Assembly: GCA_024276575.1 (NCBI GenBank)
Contig: JAJRWY010000131.1
Location: 1,268 to 65,267 of the forward strand
From: Candidatus Binatota bacterium
GTDB taxonomy: Bacteria; Desulfobacterota; Binatia; UBA1149; CAITLU01
Direction: 5' to 3'
Length of the DNA stretch: 64,000 nt
Part shown: positions 39,091-47,983 of the stretch, piece by piece
How the letters are laid out: each line of letters starts with the position of its first letter
Numbering within the stretch: the stretch's first letter is position 1
Notes under the pieces: generated by a model
Database searches by the model: none
Seen by the model: only the letters and a program-made list of their open reading frames with translations
Told to the model about the DNA's origin: nothing
Translations under genes and position numbers: made by a program

Positions 39091-40700
39091 GCGTACAGAC
39101 GGCCACTCCTACGGTCACGGATCGTGTGATCACCCGCTATTGGCCTGGTTGGGGTCTCAAGCGGCTTCGGGCCCGCACAGCGGCCGCGGCCATTGGTGCC
39201 ATGGCCAGTGGCTTCCGTTCTGCGAGACAGACCCGGCTGCAATCGGATTGGGTTCCCACCTTGGGATCGGCCGACACTGACGCTCTCCGTGACCTCGACA
39301 CCTTGCGCGCGAAGAGTCGAGATCTCGTCCGAATGGACTCTTACGCCCAGGTATTGGGATCGATTGTCGACCATGTCGTGGGTACTGGGCTCGTTCCGCA
39401 CTCTCGCGTAAACGCGAAGGCACTTGGAATTACCGAGGCCGTGGCCGAGGATTTCCAGGAGCAGGCTGAACTAGCGTTCTCGGTGTGGATGCCGTTTGCC
39501 GACGCAAGACGCCAGCTCGATTTCTACGGGCTCCAAGAACTGGCCTACAGGTCAATGCTCGAGGACGGCGAGTGGTTCGGCCGACGAATCTCGGTCGACG
39601 AAGTCTCGATGCAGGCGCTTGGTATGCCGTACTCGGTTGCCTACGAGATGATCGATCCCGACCGGGTCGTTTCACCAAACAAGGCGGTATTCCAGAAGCT
39701 CGGGGGAAGGACAGAACATACCGTTCGCCATGGCATCGAAGTCAACGTCTTCGGAGCTCCGGTGGCGTATTGGGTACTCAAGCGTCATCCGGCAGAGCGC
39801 GGCTTCGTTGCGCTCAGGGGCCGTAGCAACAGTGAGTTCGTCCGCGTTCCTGCCAGCCGGATGATTCATCTCTTTCGGCCGCTTCGGGTGGGCCAGACTC
39901 GCGGCATTCCGCACATGGCTCCGGAGCTCAACACCTTCGAAATGATCAATCGGTTGTTCGAAGCCGAGCTCGTGACTGCTCTGGTGGTCGCTTGCCACTC
40001 GATCTTTATCAAGAAGGACTCTGCTGCCGAGTACGCGGCGACGGTTGCTCCAATCACGAACGACAGGGGACAGCGAGAGGAAACGCTGGAACCCGGAACG
40101 AAACAGTATCTGAACCCGGGCGAGGATGTTGTTGCCTTTAGCCCGAATCGACCGAGCAATACCTTCCCGCCGTTTGTCGAGATCTTGCTCAGGAAGATGG
40201 CTACCGGTTTGGGAATTACCTACGAGCAGCTCGCCAAGGACTTTACGAAGACCAACTTCTCCAGTGGTCGACAAGCCGCGATGCTCGCCCAGAAGTTCTT
40301 CAATCGCGAGCAGCGAATGGTGGCGCGGGTGTTGGCGCAGCCTGTCTGGCGTGACGTGCTTCGCGAAGCGGCCCAGGCGGGCGATCTACCTCGTATCAGC
40401 GAGATAAACCGCTCTCGTGAGCCCTTCTACTTCAATGCGACATGGAGCGGTCCTGGCTACGGCTACATCGAGCCGACCAAAGAGGTCGCAGCGGCCAAGG
40501 CCGGCGTCGATATGGGAATTTCTACGCTCGAGCGCGAGTGCGCAAAGCTTGGTCTTGATTGGCGCGATGTACTGGCCCAGCGAGCTCGTGAGCAGCGGAA
40601 GGCGGAGGAATTGGGGGTGACCTTGGACGGCCCTGCTGCAGTTGTGGAGACTTTGGGCGCGGTTCGCGGTTATGACGACGAAGATAGGCAAGCAGCATGA
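39087..40700 (+). CDS. portal protein (lambda gpB family)
   Basis: 537 aa; position and size; ATGA coupling. Confidence 0.75.
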   Translation: MSVQTATPTVTDRVITRYWPGWGLKRLRARTAAAAIGAMASGFRSARQTRLQSDWVPTLGSADTDALRDLDTLRAKSRDLVRMDSYAQVLGSIVDHVVGTGLVPHSRVNAKALGITEAVAEDFQEQAELAFSVWMPFADARRQLDFYGLQELAYRSMLEDGEWFGRRISVDEVSMQALGMPYSVAYEMIDPDRVVSPNKAVFQKLGGRTEHTVRHGIEVNVFGAPVAYWVLKRHPAERGFVALRGRSNSEFVRVPASRMIHLFRPLRVGQTRGIPHMAPELNTFEMINRLFEAELVTALVVACHSIFIKKDSAAEYAATVAPITNDRGQREETLEPGTKQYLNPGEDVVAFSPNRPSNTFPPFVEILLRKMATGLGITYEQLAKDFTKTNFSSGRQAAMLAQKFFNREQRMVARVLAQPVWRDVLREAAQAGDLPRISEINRSREPFYFNATWSGPGYGYIEPTKEVAAAKAGVDMGISTLERECAKLGLDWRDVLAQRAREQRKAEELGVTLDGPAAVVETLGAVRGYDDEDRQAA

Positions 40701-42097
40701 ACGACGAGGGAATCTTGCAACTATTCGCGCGACCTTGGGCGATCGAGCCGAGCGCACTGCGGCTCATCGTTGAGTCTGTAGTTAACGTAACGAAGGGGAC
40801 GGAACCAGCCGCTGCCAAAACGGCTTCACGCGGGACGTCGGCGGGTTCGGAAGCCGCCGCAGGAGACTTTGGCGGTTCGGGTCGCCCCTTCCGGCTTGAG
40901 GGAAGCACGGCCGTCATTCCCATCGAAGGAACCATCTCGAAACGGCTTTCTCCGATTTTCGCGTTCTTCTTCGGGGGCACCAGCGTTGAAAGCGTTCGCA
41001 CGGCGCTGCAGGCCGCAGAGGCGGACGACCAGGTCGAGCGCATACTGCTCGACATCGATTCGCCCGGAGGATCCGTCAACGGGATTTCCGATCTGGCCGA
41101 TGAAATCAGGGCCACGAGCAAGCCGGTCATTGCCTACAGCGATGGCTTGATGGCATCCGCAGCGTATTGGCTCGGCGTCGCTGCAGACCAGGTTTTTGCG
41201 AGTGCGGCCTCCCAGGTCGGATCCATTGGCGTGCTTGCCGTCGTCGACGACATTTCCGTTGCCCTCCACAACCACGGGATCAAGACGACCATCATCAAAG
41301 CCGGTGAGCATAAGGCGGCCGGTCATCCAGACCAGCCTTTTACCGAGAAGGATCGGGAGGTCATCCAGGAAGAGGTCAACGACTTCTATGAGCTGTTTAC
41401 CGGCGCGGTGGGACGCTTCCGATCCATGTCACGCGACGACGTGCTGAGCGCGGCTGACGGTCGTGTGTTCATAGGCAGCAAGGCTCTGGAGAAGGGCCTC
41501 ATTGACGGCATTCGCAGCCGGGGCGAACTCGGCGTGATGCTTGCGGATAACGAGACAGGAGTAACGACGATGAAAGAGAAGCAAGCCAAGGCCGAAGCGG
41601 CCGAGCAGGAACGATTGGAGGCAGAAGAGGCCGAAAAGGTGAAGGCAGAGGAGCAAGCCAAGGCCGAAGCGGCCGCTCGTGCCAAAGAAGTCGATGCTGG
41701 CGGTTTGGACGAGGAGGCGTTGAAGCTCAAGGCTCGCGAGGAAGAGCGCGAGCGGCTGTGTGCTTTGGATGCCATTGCAACGGACTGGCCCTCGCACAAG
41801 GAGCTCGTTGATCAATGCAAGGCCGACGGGACTAGCGCCGAGGAGACGAAGCAACTCGTGTTCGCTGCGGCGACCAAGCTGAATCGTGCCGAACTCGCGG
41901 CGGCTCGTAAGGGCGAGGAAGAACCCCTCGGCGGCGGAAACACCGACCACGAGGCCAAGGCCTTCAGTGAGGAGGCCGTCAAGGAGCGGTGGGAGGCCGG
42001 AGACACCTACCTCCACCGGTACTACTCGGACGTCAATCAGGCGATTCGATACGAGAGAGCCAAGCATGGCGCGGCTCAGCAAAGGGCGCAGGCGTAG
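40697..42097 (+). CDS. S49-family prohead protease with C-terminal scaffold-like coiled coil (gpC/Nu3-like)
   Basis: SppA/S49 motifs (LLDIDSPGGSV ... SAAYWLG ... GSIGV); C-terminal KAEAAEQERLEAEEAEKVKAEEQ. Confidence 0.8.
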   Translation: MNDEGILQLFARPWAIEPSALRLIVESVVNVTKGTEPAAAKTASRGTSAGSEAAAGDFGGSGRPFRLEGSTAVIPIEGTISKRLSPIFAFFFGGTSVESVRTALQAAEADDQVERILLDIDSPGGSVNGISDLADEIRATSKPVIAYSDGLMASAAYWLGVAADQVFASAASQVGSIGVLAVVDDISVALHNHGIKTTIIKAGEHKAAGHPDQPFTEKDREVIQEEVNDFYELFTGAVGRFRSMSRDDVLSAADGRVFIGSKALEKGLIDGIRSRGELGVMLADNETGVTTMKEKQAKAEAAEQERLEAEEAEKVKAEEQAKAEAAARAKEVDAGGLDEEALKLKAREEERERLCALDAIATDWPSHKELVDQCKADGTSAEETKQLVFAAATKLNRAELAAARKGEEEPLGGGNTDHEAKAFSEEAVKERWEAGDTYLHRYYSDVNQAIRYERAKHGAAQQRAQA

Positions 42098-42115
42098 CCT
42101 GCAGGAGGTGACAAG

Positions 42116-42676
42116 ATGACGACTCTTGCTGCAAATGTAGCTCGTCGGATCGATCTCAAGGGCCGGGTTCTCAACCCGCCCGTGATTGCGTCCGACATCA
42201 TCTGGGGTGGCGCCGCGGTCGGTGACAATGGCAGCGGCTATGCGCGTCCCCTGGTAGCCGGGGATCCGTTCCTCGGATTCGCCAACGAGAAAGTAGACAA
42301 CAGTCTCGGCGCCGCCGGCGATAAGGCTGTCGAGGTTTGGGCGGACGGCTATGCCTGGCTGTCGGTAAGCGGCATCAGCGGCGTCGGTAATGCGCTGCTG
42401 CCGGTCTATGCGAGCGATGACGACACGTTTACTGCAACGCGGTCGGGGAACTCGTACATCGGCCAAGCGGTTTACTACGACACAGCCACGGGCCTGGCCC
42501 TGGTTCGATTCAAGGCCAACTCGCCGCAGTCGGCGATTGCGGATGCGGTCGTCGCGCACGATGCGAACCCGACGTTCTCGGATACCGAGATCGAGGGCTT
42601 CCTCGATGCCTTGGGCACGAAGATCAACGCGATCATCGATGCGCTCGAACTCGCCGGCATCATAGTACCGAGCTAG
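42116..42676 (+). CDS. head decoration-like protein
   Basis: 186 aa between the protease and the capsid; by position only. Confidence 0.35.
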   Translation: MTTLAANVARRIDLKGRVLNPPVIASDIIWGGAAVGDNGSGYARPLVAGDPFLGFANEKVDNSLGAAGDKAVEVWADGYAWLSVSGISGVGNALLPVYASDDDTFTATRSGNSYIGQAVYYDTATGLALVRFKANSPQSAIADAVVAHDANPTFSDTEIEGFLDALGTKINAIIDALELAGIIVPS

Positions 42677-42695
42677 TCGGAGGAGGACGAAGAAA

Positions 42696-43652
42696 ATGTA
42701 CGAGATTCTCAAGAGCACGGAAATAAAGCGTCTTATCGCCGACATGATCGGTGCGACTACGCTCGAGTCGTGGGTAGGGCGCATCGCCATGGGACCTGTC
42801 GGGTCCAACTCGGCGTCGGAGACGTATGCAGGGCTGCAAGTGCCGCCTGTGATGCGCAAGTGGCTCTCGGGTCGATCGCCGAAGGAACTCCGCGAGGATT
42901 CCATCACGATCGTCAATGATGAGTACGAGGCTTCGATCATCATCCCGAAGCGTTTCATGCGGCGGGACAAGATCGGCGCCATAGATCCCATCATTCAGGG
43001 CCTGGCCGATCGTTCGGTACAGCATTGGCGCTCGCTGATCGCGACACTGATCGTCAACGCCCAGTCGACCAACTGTTACGACGGTCAGTACTTCTTCGAT
43101 ACGGATCACCCCATCGGAGATACGGGGTCGACGCAGTCCAACGACATCAGCGCCGACATTTCGACGTATCCCGTGGTGAAGGCCGGCACCACGACCAATC
43201 CGTCGGTCGAGGAGGCGTCGTTCGCTCTGCTCGATGGTATCAACCAGATCTTGTCGTTGAAGGACGGCGAGGGTGAGCCGATGAACGAGGATGTCAGCGA
43301 CTTCGTCGTGGTCTGTCCTTTGAGCCTGCGAGCGGCGTTGGCTGCCGCTGTAGGTGGAGCACCGGCGTCCACGTCGGGAGCTCCCGAGGCGTTGAGGGCT
43401 CTGGGTACGAATATCCAGGTCGTCGGAACGCCCCGGCTGAGCTCGTGGATCACGAAGTTCGCGGTGTTCGCGGCCGACGTGCCGAACCGTCCCTTCATCA
43501 TGCAAGAAGAGCCGGAGGCCGAGGAAGTCAATGTCAAGGCGGAAGGGTCGGACTTCGAGTTCGATCACAACGCCCACCAGTACGGCGTGAGCGCTTCCCG
43601 CGGCGTCGGTTACGGGGCTCCGCAGAGCGCGTGCCTCGTGACGCTGGTCTAG
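42696..43652 (+). CDS. major capsid protein
   Basis: 318 aa following protease and decoration genes; Shine-Dalgarno GGAGGAGG. Confidence 0.55.
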   Translation: MYEILKSTEIKRLIADMIGATTLESWVGRIAMGPVGSNSASETYAGLQVPPVMRKWLSGRSPKELREDSITIVNDEYEASIIIPKRFMRRDKIGAIDPIIQGLADRSVQHWRSLIATLIVNAQSTNCYDGQYFFDTDHPIGDTGSTQSNDISADISTYPVVKAGTTTNPSVEEASFALLDGINQILSLKDGEGEPMNEDVSDFVVVCPLSLRAALAAAVGGAPASTSGAPEALRALGTNIQVVGTPRLSSWITKFAVFAADVPNRPFIMQEEPEAEEVNVKAEGSDFEFDHNAHQYGVSASRGVGYGAPQSACLVTLV

Positions 43653-43662
43653 GGAGGCGGTC

Positions 43663-44070
43663 ATGAGCACGGAGATCCAGTTGGTCGCAGCTTCGGCGGT
43701 GAGGTCGATCGAGGAAGGGCAACTCCTCTTCGTAGGCAATCTCGTCGAGGGCTGTGATCTCAAGCGCACGGTGAACTGTGCCACCGGTGGCCACCTCATG
43801 GTGGTCGCCGGCGGTGCCGGTGCCGGCGCATTGGCTTTGACCATCCCGCTGATCATCAACGGCTCCAAGTGTGCTCCCGGCCACGCCTTGGCTCGCGGTG
43901 AGTTAGTCGACGACGTAAGTGCCGACGATGTCACCGAGGCCATCCGAACTGGCGCGGTGCGATTCGTCACCGTCGAGGGTGGCAAGTCCGCCGGCGAGTC
44001 ACCGGCTAAGGAGCCGCAGGAAGAGAAGTCTTCCCGTGGGAAGGGTAAAGGCAAGGGCAAGGGAAAGTAG
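43663..44070 (+). CDS. head completion/hypothetical protein with C-terminal (GK)n tail
   Basis: Position. Confidence 0.3.
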   Translation: MSTEIQLVAASAVRSIEEGQLLFVGNLVEGCDLKRTVNCATGGHLMVVAGGAGAGALALTIPLIINGSKCAPGHALARGELVDDVSADDVTEAIRTGAVRFVTVEGGKSAGESPAKEPQEEKSSRGKGKGKGKGK

Positions 44071-44073
44071 GCC

Positions 44074-44406
44074 ATGGCCTGGGCTGACGCTGTCAAGGCC
44101 GATGCCGAGGCCGTAGCCAACCCCGCCGAGCTCGGGGAGGAGATCACCTATACGCCGCACAACGGCTCACCGACGACTGTCAGAGCCGTCGTGCGGCGTA
44201 ATCCCGAGGAGATCGCCGGTAACGTCAAGCGTGACGCGGTTGAGATCACCGTCCCCAATTCCGCGACCTATGGAGTGACCAGCATCACCCGTGGCCAAGA
44301 CACGGTGACGCTAGAACCCATACTCGGCGCCGGAAATGAAACCCTACGCGTAGTGGAGATCTTGGCGCACGGCCAAGGGTGGTGGCACCTGCGGTGTCAT
44401 AGGTAG
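44074..44406 (+). CDS. head-tail adaptor-like protein
   Basis: Position and size (110 aa). Confidence 0.3.
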   Translation: MAWADAVKADAEAVANPAELGEEITYTPHNGSPTTVRAVVRRNPEEIAGNVKRDAVEITVPNSATYGVTSITRGQDTVTLEPILGAGNETLRVVEILAHGQGWWHLRCHR

Positions 44407-45057
44407 ATGGCAGACCTCGAGGTAAAGATTCACAGCGACAACGTGATTACGGCCATGCGGCTGTTTCCGGTCACGTTCGCCAGGTACATGCGCGGTGAGC
44501 TGTGGGGCCTCGGTGAGCAGTTTTGGCGAAAGGCCGGCAAAGCCTTTGGTGCGCAATCTCCGCATAAGCAGAGGCTTGCCCGCTTCTGGTTCATGGACCG
44601 GATCGGCAAGTACCTGCAGGGCAAGTACCTCAGCCAAGTCGAGATGGGGCTGTTTACTCATTCGCCGGCGATGGAGGCGCATGAGCAGGGTGCCTTAATC
44701 AGTGCGAACAGCGGAAGTCTTGCGATTCCGATTGCTGATGCTCTGGATCGGCTTGGCCGAGTGCGCACCCGTTTCAACCCCGGTAAGCGCTTCAAGCTCA
44801 AGGGCGAAGGGGGCTTTGATACGAGACTGTTGCCGTCGGACACGGAAGCGATTCCTATGCGCGGCAAGCTCTTCTTGGTCAAGAAGGACTCCTACGGTGA
44901 GGTGGCGGAGATTTACGCCCGCCTGGTCAAAGAGACTCGGCTTCGGGCCCGGCCGAGTTTCTTCAAGACTTGGGACCAGATGGGCCCGGCGAAAGCGCGG
45001 GCGATCAACAAAGCGGCTGAGCGCACTCTGCGCAAGATGGGCTTGTCTACGAGGTAG
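44407..45057 (+). CDS. head-tail connector/tail completion-like protein
   Basis: Position. Confidence 0.3.
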   Translation: MADLEVKIHSDNVITAMRLFPVTFARYMRGELWGLGEQFWRKAGKAFGAQSPHKQRLARFWFMDRIGKYLQGKYLSQVEMGLFTHSPAMEAHEQGALISANSGSLAIPIADALDRLGRVRTRFNPGKRFKLKGEGGFDTRLLPSDTEAIPMRGKLFLVKKDSYGEVAEIYARLVKETRLRARPSFFKTWDQMGPAKARAINKAAERTLRKMGLSTR

Positions 45058-45059
45058 CC

Positions 45060-45530
45060 GTGCTCAATACCGTCCAACAGCTCATCATCGACGACCTGGT
45101 TACGACTCTGCAGGGGGTTACTGCGGCCAACGGGTACGAGTTCACGGTAAAGGCCGTCGAGGAATTCGAGGTCGAAGGCGTCGGGTCGGCACTGCGGCCG
45201 CTCATCGTGGTCTGGTCTGGCGCGATGGATCTGGAGAATGAGGCCGGTGGGCGGTCTCACTGGCGGTTTCGCGTCGAGCTCGACTGCTACCTGGTTCACA
45301 ACCCCAACGAGGACTCCGATGCCTCAAGCAAGGTGCTCACTCGCTTCACCGGCGACGTAGTCAAGGCGGTGATGGCCGATCGTACTCGTGGAGGCAACGC
45401 GTTGGATTGCAAGGTGGTGGGTGTGGACCCCATCCCCATGCTTCAGAACGAGGGTCTCGACATCAATGTGGGGATCACTCTTGAGATCCGGTATCGCCAC
45501 GTGGCCACGAACCCGGCGCAGGGGGGCTGA
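45060..45530 (+). CDS. tail terminator-like protein
   Basis: Position. Confidence 0.3.
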   Translation: MLNTVQQLIIDDLVTTLQGVTAANGYEFTVKAVEEFEVEGVGSALRPLIVVWSGAMDLENEAGGRSHWRFRVELDCYLVHNPNEDSDASSKVLTRFTGDVVKAVMADRTRGGNALDCKVVGVDPIPMLQNEGLDINVGITLEIRYRHVATNPAQGG

Positions 45531-45533
45531 TGA

Positions 45534-45869
45534 ATGCCTTCGCTGACACTGGTGCCGGAGTTCCAATACGACGTGACCGAGGAGTACTCGGTGATCGAAT
45601 CGCCGGATCTCGCCATTATCCATCGCCGGCCGAAACACACGCAGAAACGACGTGTGCTCAAGCTCGTGTGGCGCAATCTTACCAAGGCCGACAAGGACAC
45701 GCTCCGAGCGTTGTTTCTTGCGGTGAAGGGATCCGCCGGAGAATTCACCTACACGCCGGTCGACGAAGTCACTTCATCGACGTGGAAGTTCAAAGACGAC
45801 GAAGCCGCGTGGTCGATGCTTTCGGCCCGCCAACGGGCGGTGGAATTGGAAATCAGAGAGGCGCTGTGA
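45534..45869 (+). CDS. hypothetical structural protein
   Basis: Position. Confidence 0.3.
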   Translation: MPSLTLVPEFQYDVTEEYSVIESPDLAIIHRRPKHTQKRRVLKLVWRNLTKADKDTLRALFLAVKGSAGEFTYTPVDEVTSSTWKFKDDEAAWSMLSARQRAVELEIREAL

Positions 45870-45887
45870 GCGCCCGGAGGTAGAGCA

Positions 45888-47267
45888 ATGCCTGAAGTAA
45901 CAAAGATCTCTCAGCTTGCGATGGCGCTCGAGGCGGCCGAGGGGACGGCCGAGACTCTGGCGGCTAGCGATGTCCGCGAAGTATTCGATCCGTCTCTTAG
46001 CTGGGACGTCTCGATGTTTGAGCGCAACCCGGTGCGTAGCCATATGGGCCGCAAGAAATCCAAGGTCGGGACGAAGGCCTTGGGCTTTGCCTACACGGAG
46101 GAGTTTCGCGGTAGCGGTTCCGCCTCTGCGGCGCCGGATTTCTTCAAGGATCTACAGTTGGCCGGATTCCAGCTCGAGGCGGCGAAATCGATCACGATCG
46201 GCGCGATCAGTGGCGGGCCTTTTCAGCACAACGAAACCGTCACCGGCGGTACCAGCGGAGCCACGGGCCGGGTTGTTTTCGACACCGCCGACGGCGCCGC
46301 AGCTCTCTACGTCGTGCCGATCGCCGGTACCTTCCAGAGCGGTGAGGTATTGACGGGCGGCACCAGTGGCGCCACGGCGACTTCGAGTGCAATCCCGGCA
46401 AGCCTCGGCGTGTTGGCGCGGCCGAGCTCGGCAAGGCAGATCTACTCGATGGGGATCGGCGCGATCAGCGGCGGGCCGTTTACGGGCGGAGAGCGAGTCA
46501 CGGGCGGTACCTCGAGCGCGAAGGGCCGGGTGCTCTTTGATACCAAGAACGGAGCCTCTACGCTGTACTTGCAGGTCCTGTCCGGTACGTTCCAAAGCGG
46601 TGAGACTCTCACCGGTGAGGACTCTGGCGCCACCGCGACCTCGAGCAGTACGGCTTCTCTGTCGGAACTCGTATGCCCGGCCGGCACGATGGCCTTCTAC
46701 GGTGGTCTCACCGTCCACAAGGTGCGTGGGGCGCGTTCCGGCGTGAAGTTCTCGTTTAAGGCCGGTGAGGTGCCTTCCGCGGCATTTGACGCCAAGGGGA
46801 TCTATGTGAGTGTCGTAGACGGTGCGTTGTTCTCTTCGGGGCTGCCGTCGATCACCAACGAGGGGCCGGTATTCTTGGGTAGCGGGGTAACTGTCGGTAG
46901 CTACCAGCCGGTGCTCGATCAGATCGAGATCGACATGCAGAACCAGGTGTCCGCTCACGCGTCAGCGGCCGAAGCCTCGGGGATGTTGCCGTTCTTGATT
47001 ACGGACCGTCAGCCCCAAATCACGCTGGACCCGGATGTAGTGGCCGAGGCTACGCATCCTTTCGTCGCGGATTGGCACGGCGAGGTCGAGCGGGCCGTGG
47101 ATTTCTCTTGGGGATCCTCGGCCGGCAACCGCTTCCGGGTCTTGGTGCCGGAGGTCCAGCCCAACGAGTTCTCGCCGGGAGACCGCGAGAACATCCGCAC
47201 CAGGCAAATCACCGGGCAGATCAACAGCTCGGCCGTGGATCAGGATCTTGTGATTCTGTCGTACTAG
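45888..47267 (+). CDS. major tail protein with two inserted GGPF ... TGGTSGAT repeat modules
   Basis: Position before G/GT and the tape measure; internal ~85-aa tandem duplication. Confidence 0.5.
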   Translation: MPEVTKISQLAMALEAAEGTAETLAASDVREVFDPSLSWDVSMFERNPVRSHMGRKKSKVGTKALGFAYTEEFRGSGSASAAPDFFKDLQLAGFQLEAAKSITIGAISGGPFQHNETVTGGTSGATGRVVFDTADGAAALYVVPIAGTFQSGEVLTGGTSGATATSSAIPASLGVLARPSSARQIYSMGIGAISGGPFTGGERVTGGTSSAKGRVLFDTKNGASTLYLQVLSGTFQSGETLTGEDSGATATSSSTASLSELVCPAGTMAFYGGLTVHKVRGARSGVKFSFKAGEVPSAAFDAKGIYVSVVDGALFSSGLPSITNEGPVFLGSGVTVGSYQPVLDQIEIDMQNQVSAHASAAEASGMLPFLITDRQPQITLDPDVVAEATHPFVADWHGEVERAVDFSWGSSAGNRFRVLVPEVQPNEFSPGDRENIRTRQITGQINSSAVDQDLVILSY

Positions 47268-47275
47268 GGGGACAG

Positions 47276-47698
47276 ATGCCCATAACAGTCGGAAGAGAAA
47301 CCTATAAGTACGCTGTGACCGACAAGGCGTCTGGTGAGAGTTTTGAGGTCACGCTCGAAACTCTTAACCAGCGCCAATACGGCGAATGCATGCAGCGTTT
47401 CAGCCGATACCTGCCAGGCACCGGCGGCGTTCTCGATGCGGATACGATCATGGGTGATTTCGCTCGGTTCATCGAGGACATGACCCACGTGGTGGCGTTG
47501 AGTCTGCGCGCAGTGCGTGGACTCAACGACCGCGGTGGCAATGACCTTGAAGTGCCCAAGGACTTCGATCAGCGCGTGGGCTTCATCGAGGAGTATTTCA
47601 CGACGGACTGGACCCAGGAGTTGGCCACGGAAGTGTTTGAGAGAAACACGGTTACGGAGGCGGAAGCGGGAAACTCCGCCTCGCCGCCCAACTCCTGA
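47276..47698 (+). CDS. tail assembly chaperone (gpG-like)
   Basis: 140 aa, acidic, immediately upstream of the tape measure. Confidence 0.6.
   Translation: MPITVGRETYKYAVTDKASGESFEVTLETLNQRQYGECMQRFSRYLPGTGGVLDADTIMGDFARFIEDMTHVVALSLRAVRGLNDRGGNDLEVPKDFDQRVGFIEEYFTTDWTQELATEVFERNTVTEAEAGNSASPPNS
47668..47674 (+). other. -1 programmed frameshift slippery heptamer G_GGA_AAC (gpG to gpGT)
   Basis: XXXYYYZ heptamer in the G frame 22 nt before the G stop. The -1 frame is open from here to about 48000, overlapping the tape-measure start. Confidence 0.55.
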
Positions 47699-47983
47699 CG
47701 GGAGGGTTTCCGGAGCACTCGGGAGGGTGCCCCTCGGATCTGGAGCAGAGGCGGCGTTTCGGATGTGACGAGGATGCACCCACGGCGACATGGAGAGATG
47801 AGCACGGAAAGCGTCATTACCGATGCCCTATGCATTACCTTGACCGGGGGATCTGGCTCTTCCTATCGGGCTATTCCCATTACAAGGCAGGACACCTACC
47901 CGAGGGGGGCGGTGTCTTGGATCAATCGGCGACCTTTCTGCAGGCAACCGAGATTCTCGGGGGAGCAATAGCGAGGCTGACCG

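Noticed and set aside
47765-47971. Stand-alone 68-aa ORF between gpG and the tape measure
   Set aside because: It is in the same frame as gpG, directly after its TGA, and lies in the G-T extension region. It is interpreted as part of a gpGT-type extension (frameshift or readthrough), not an independent gene.
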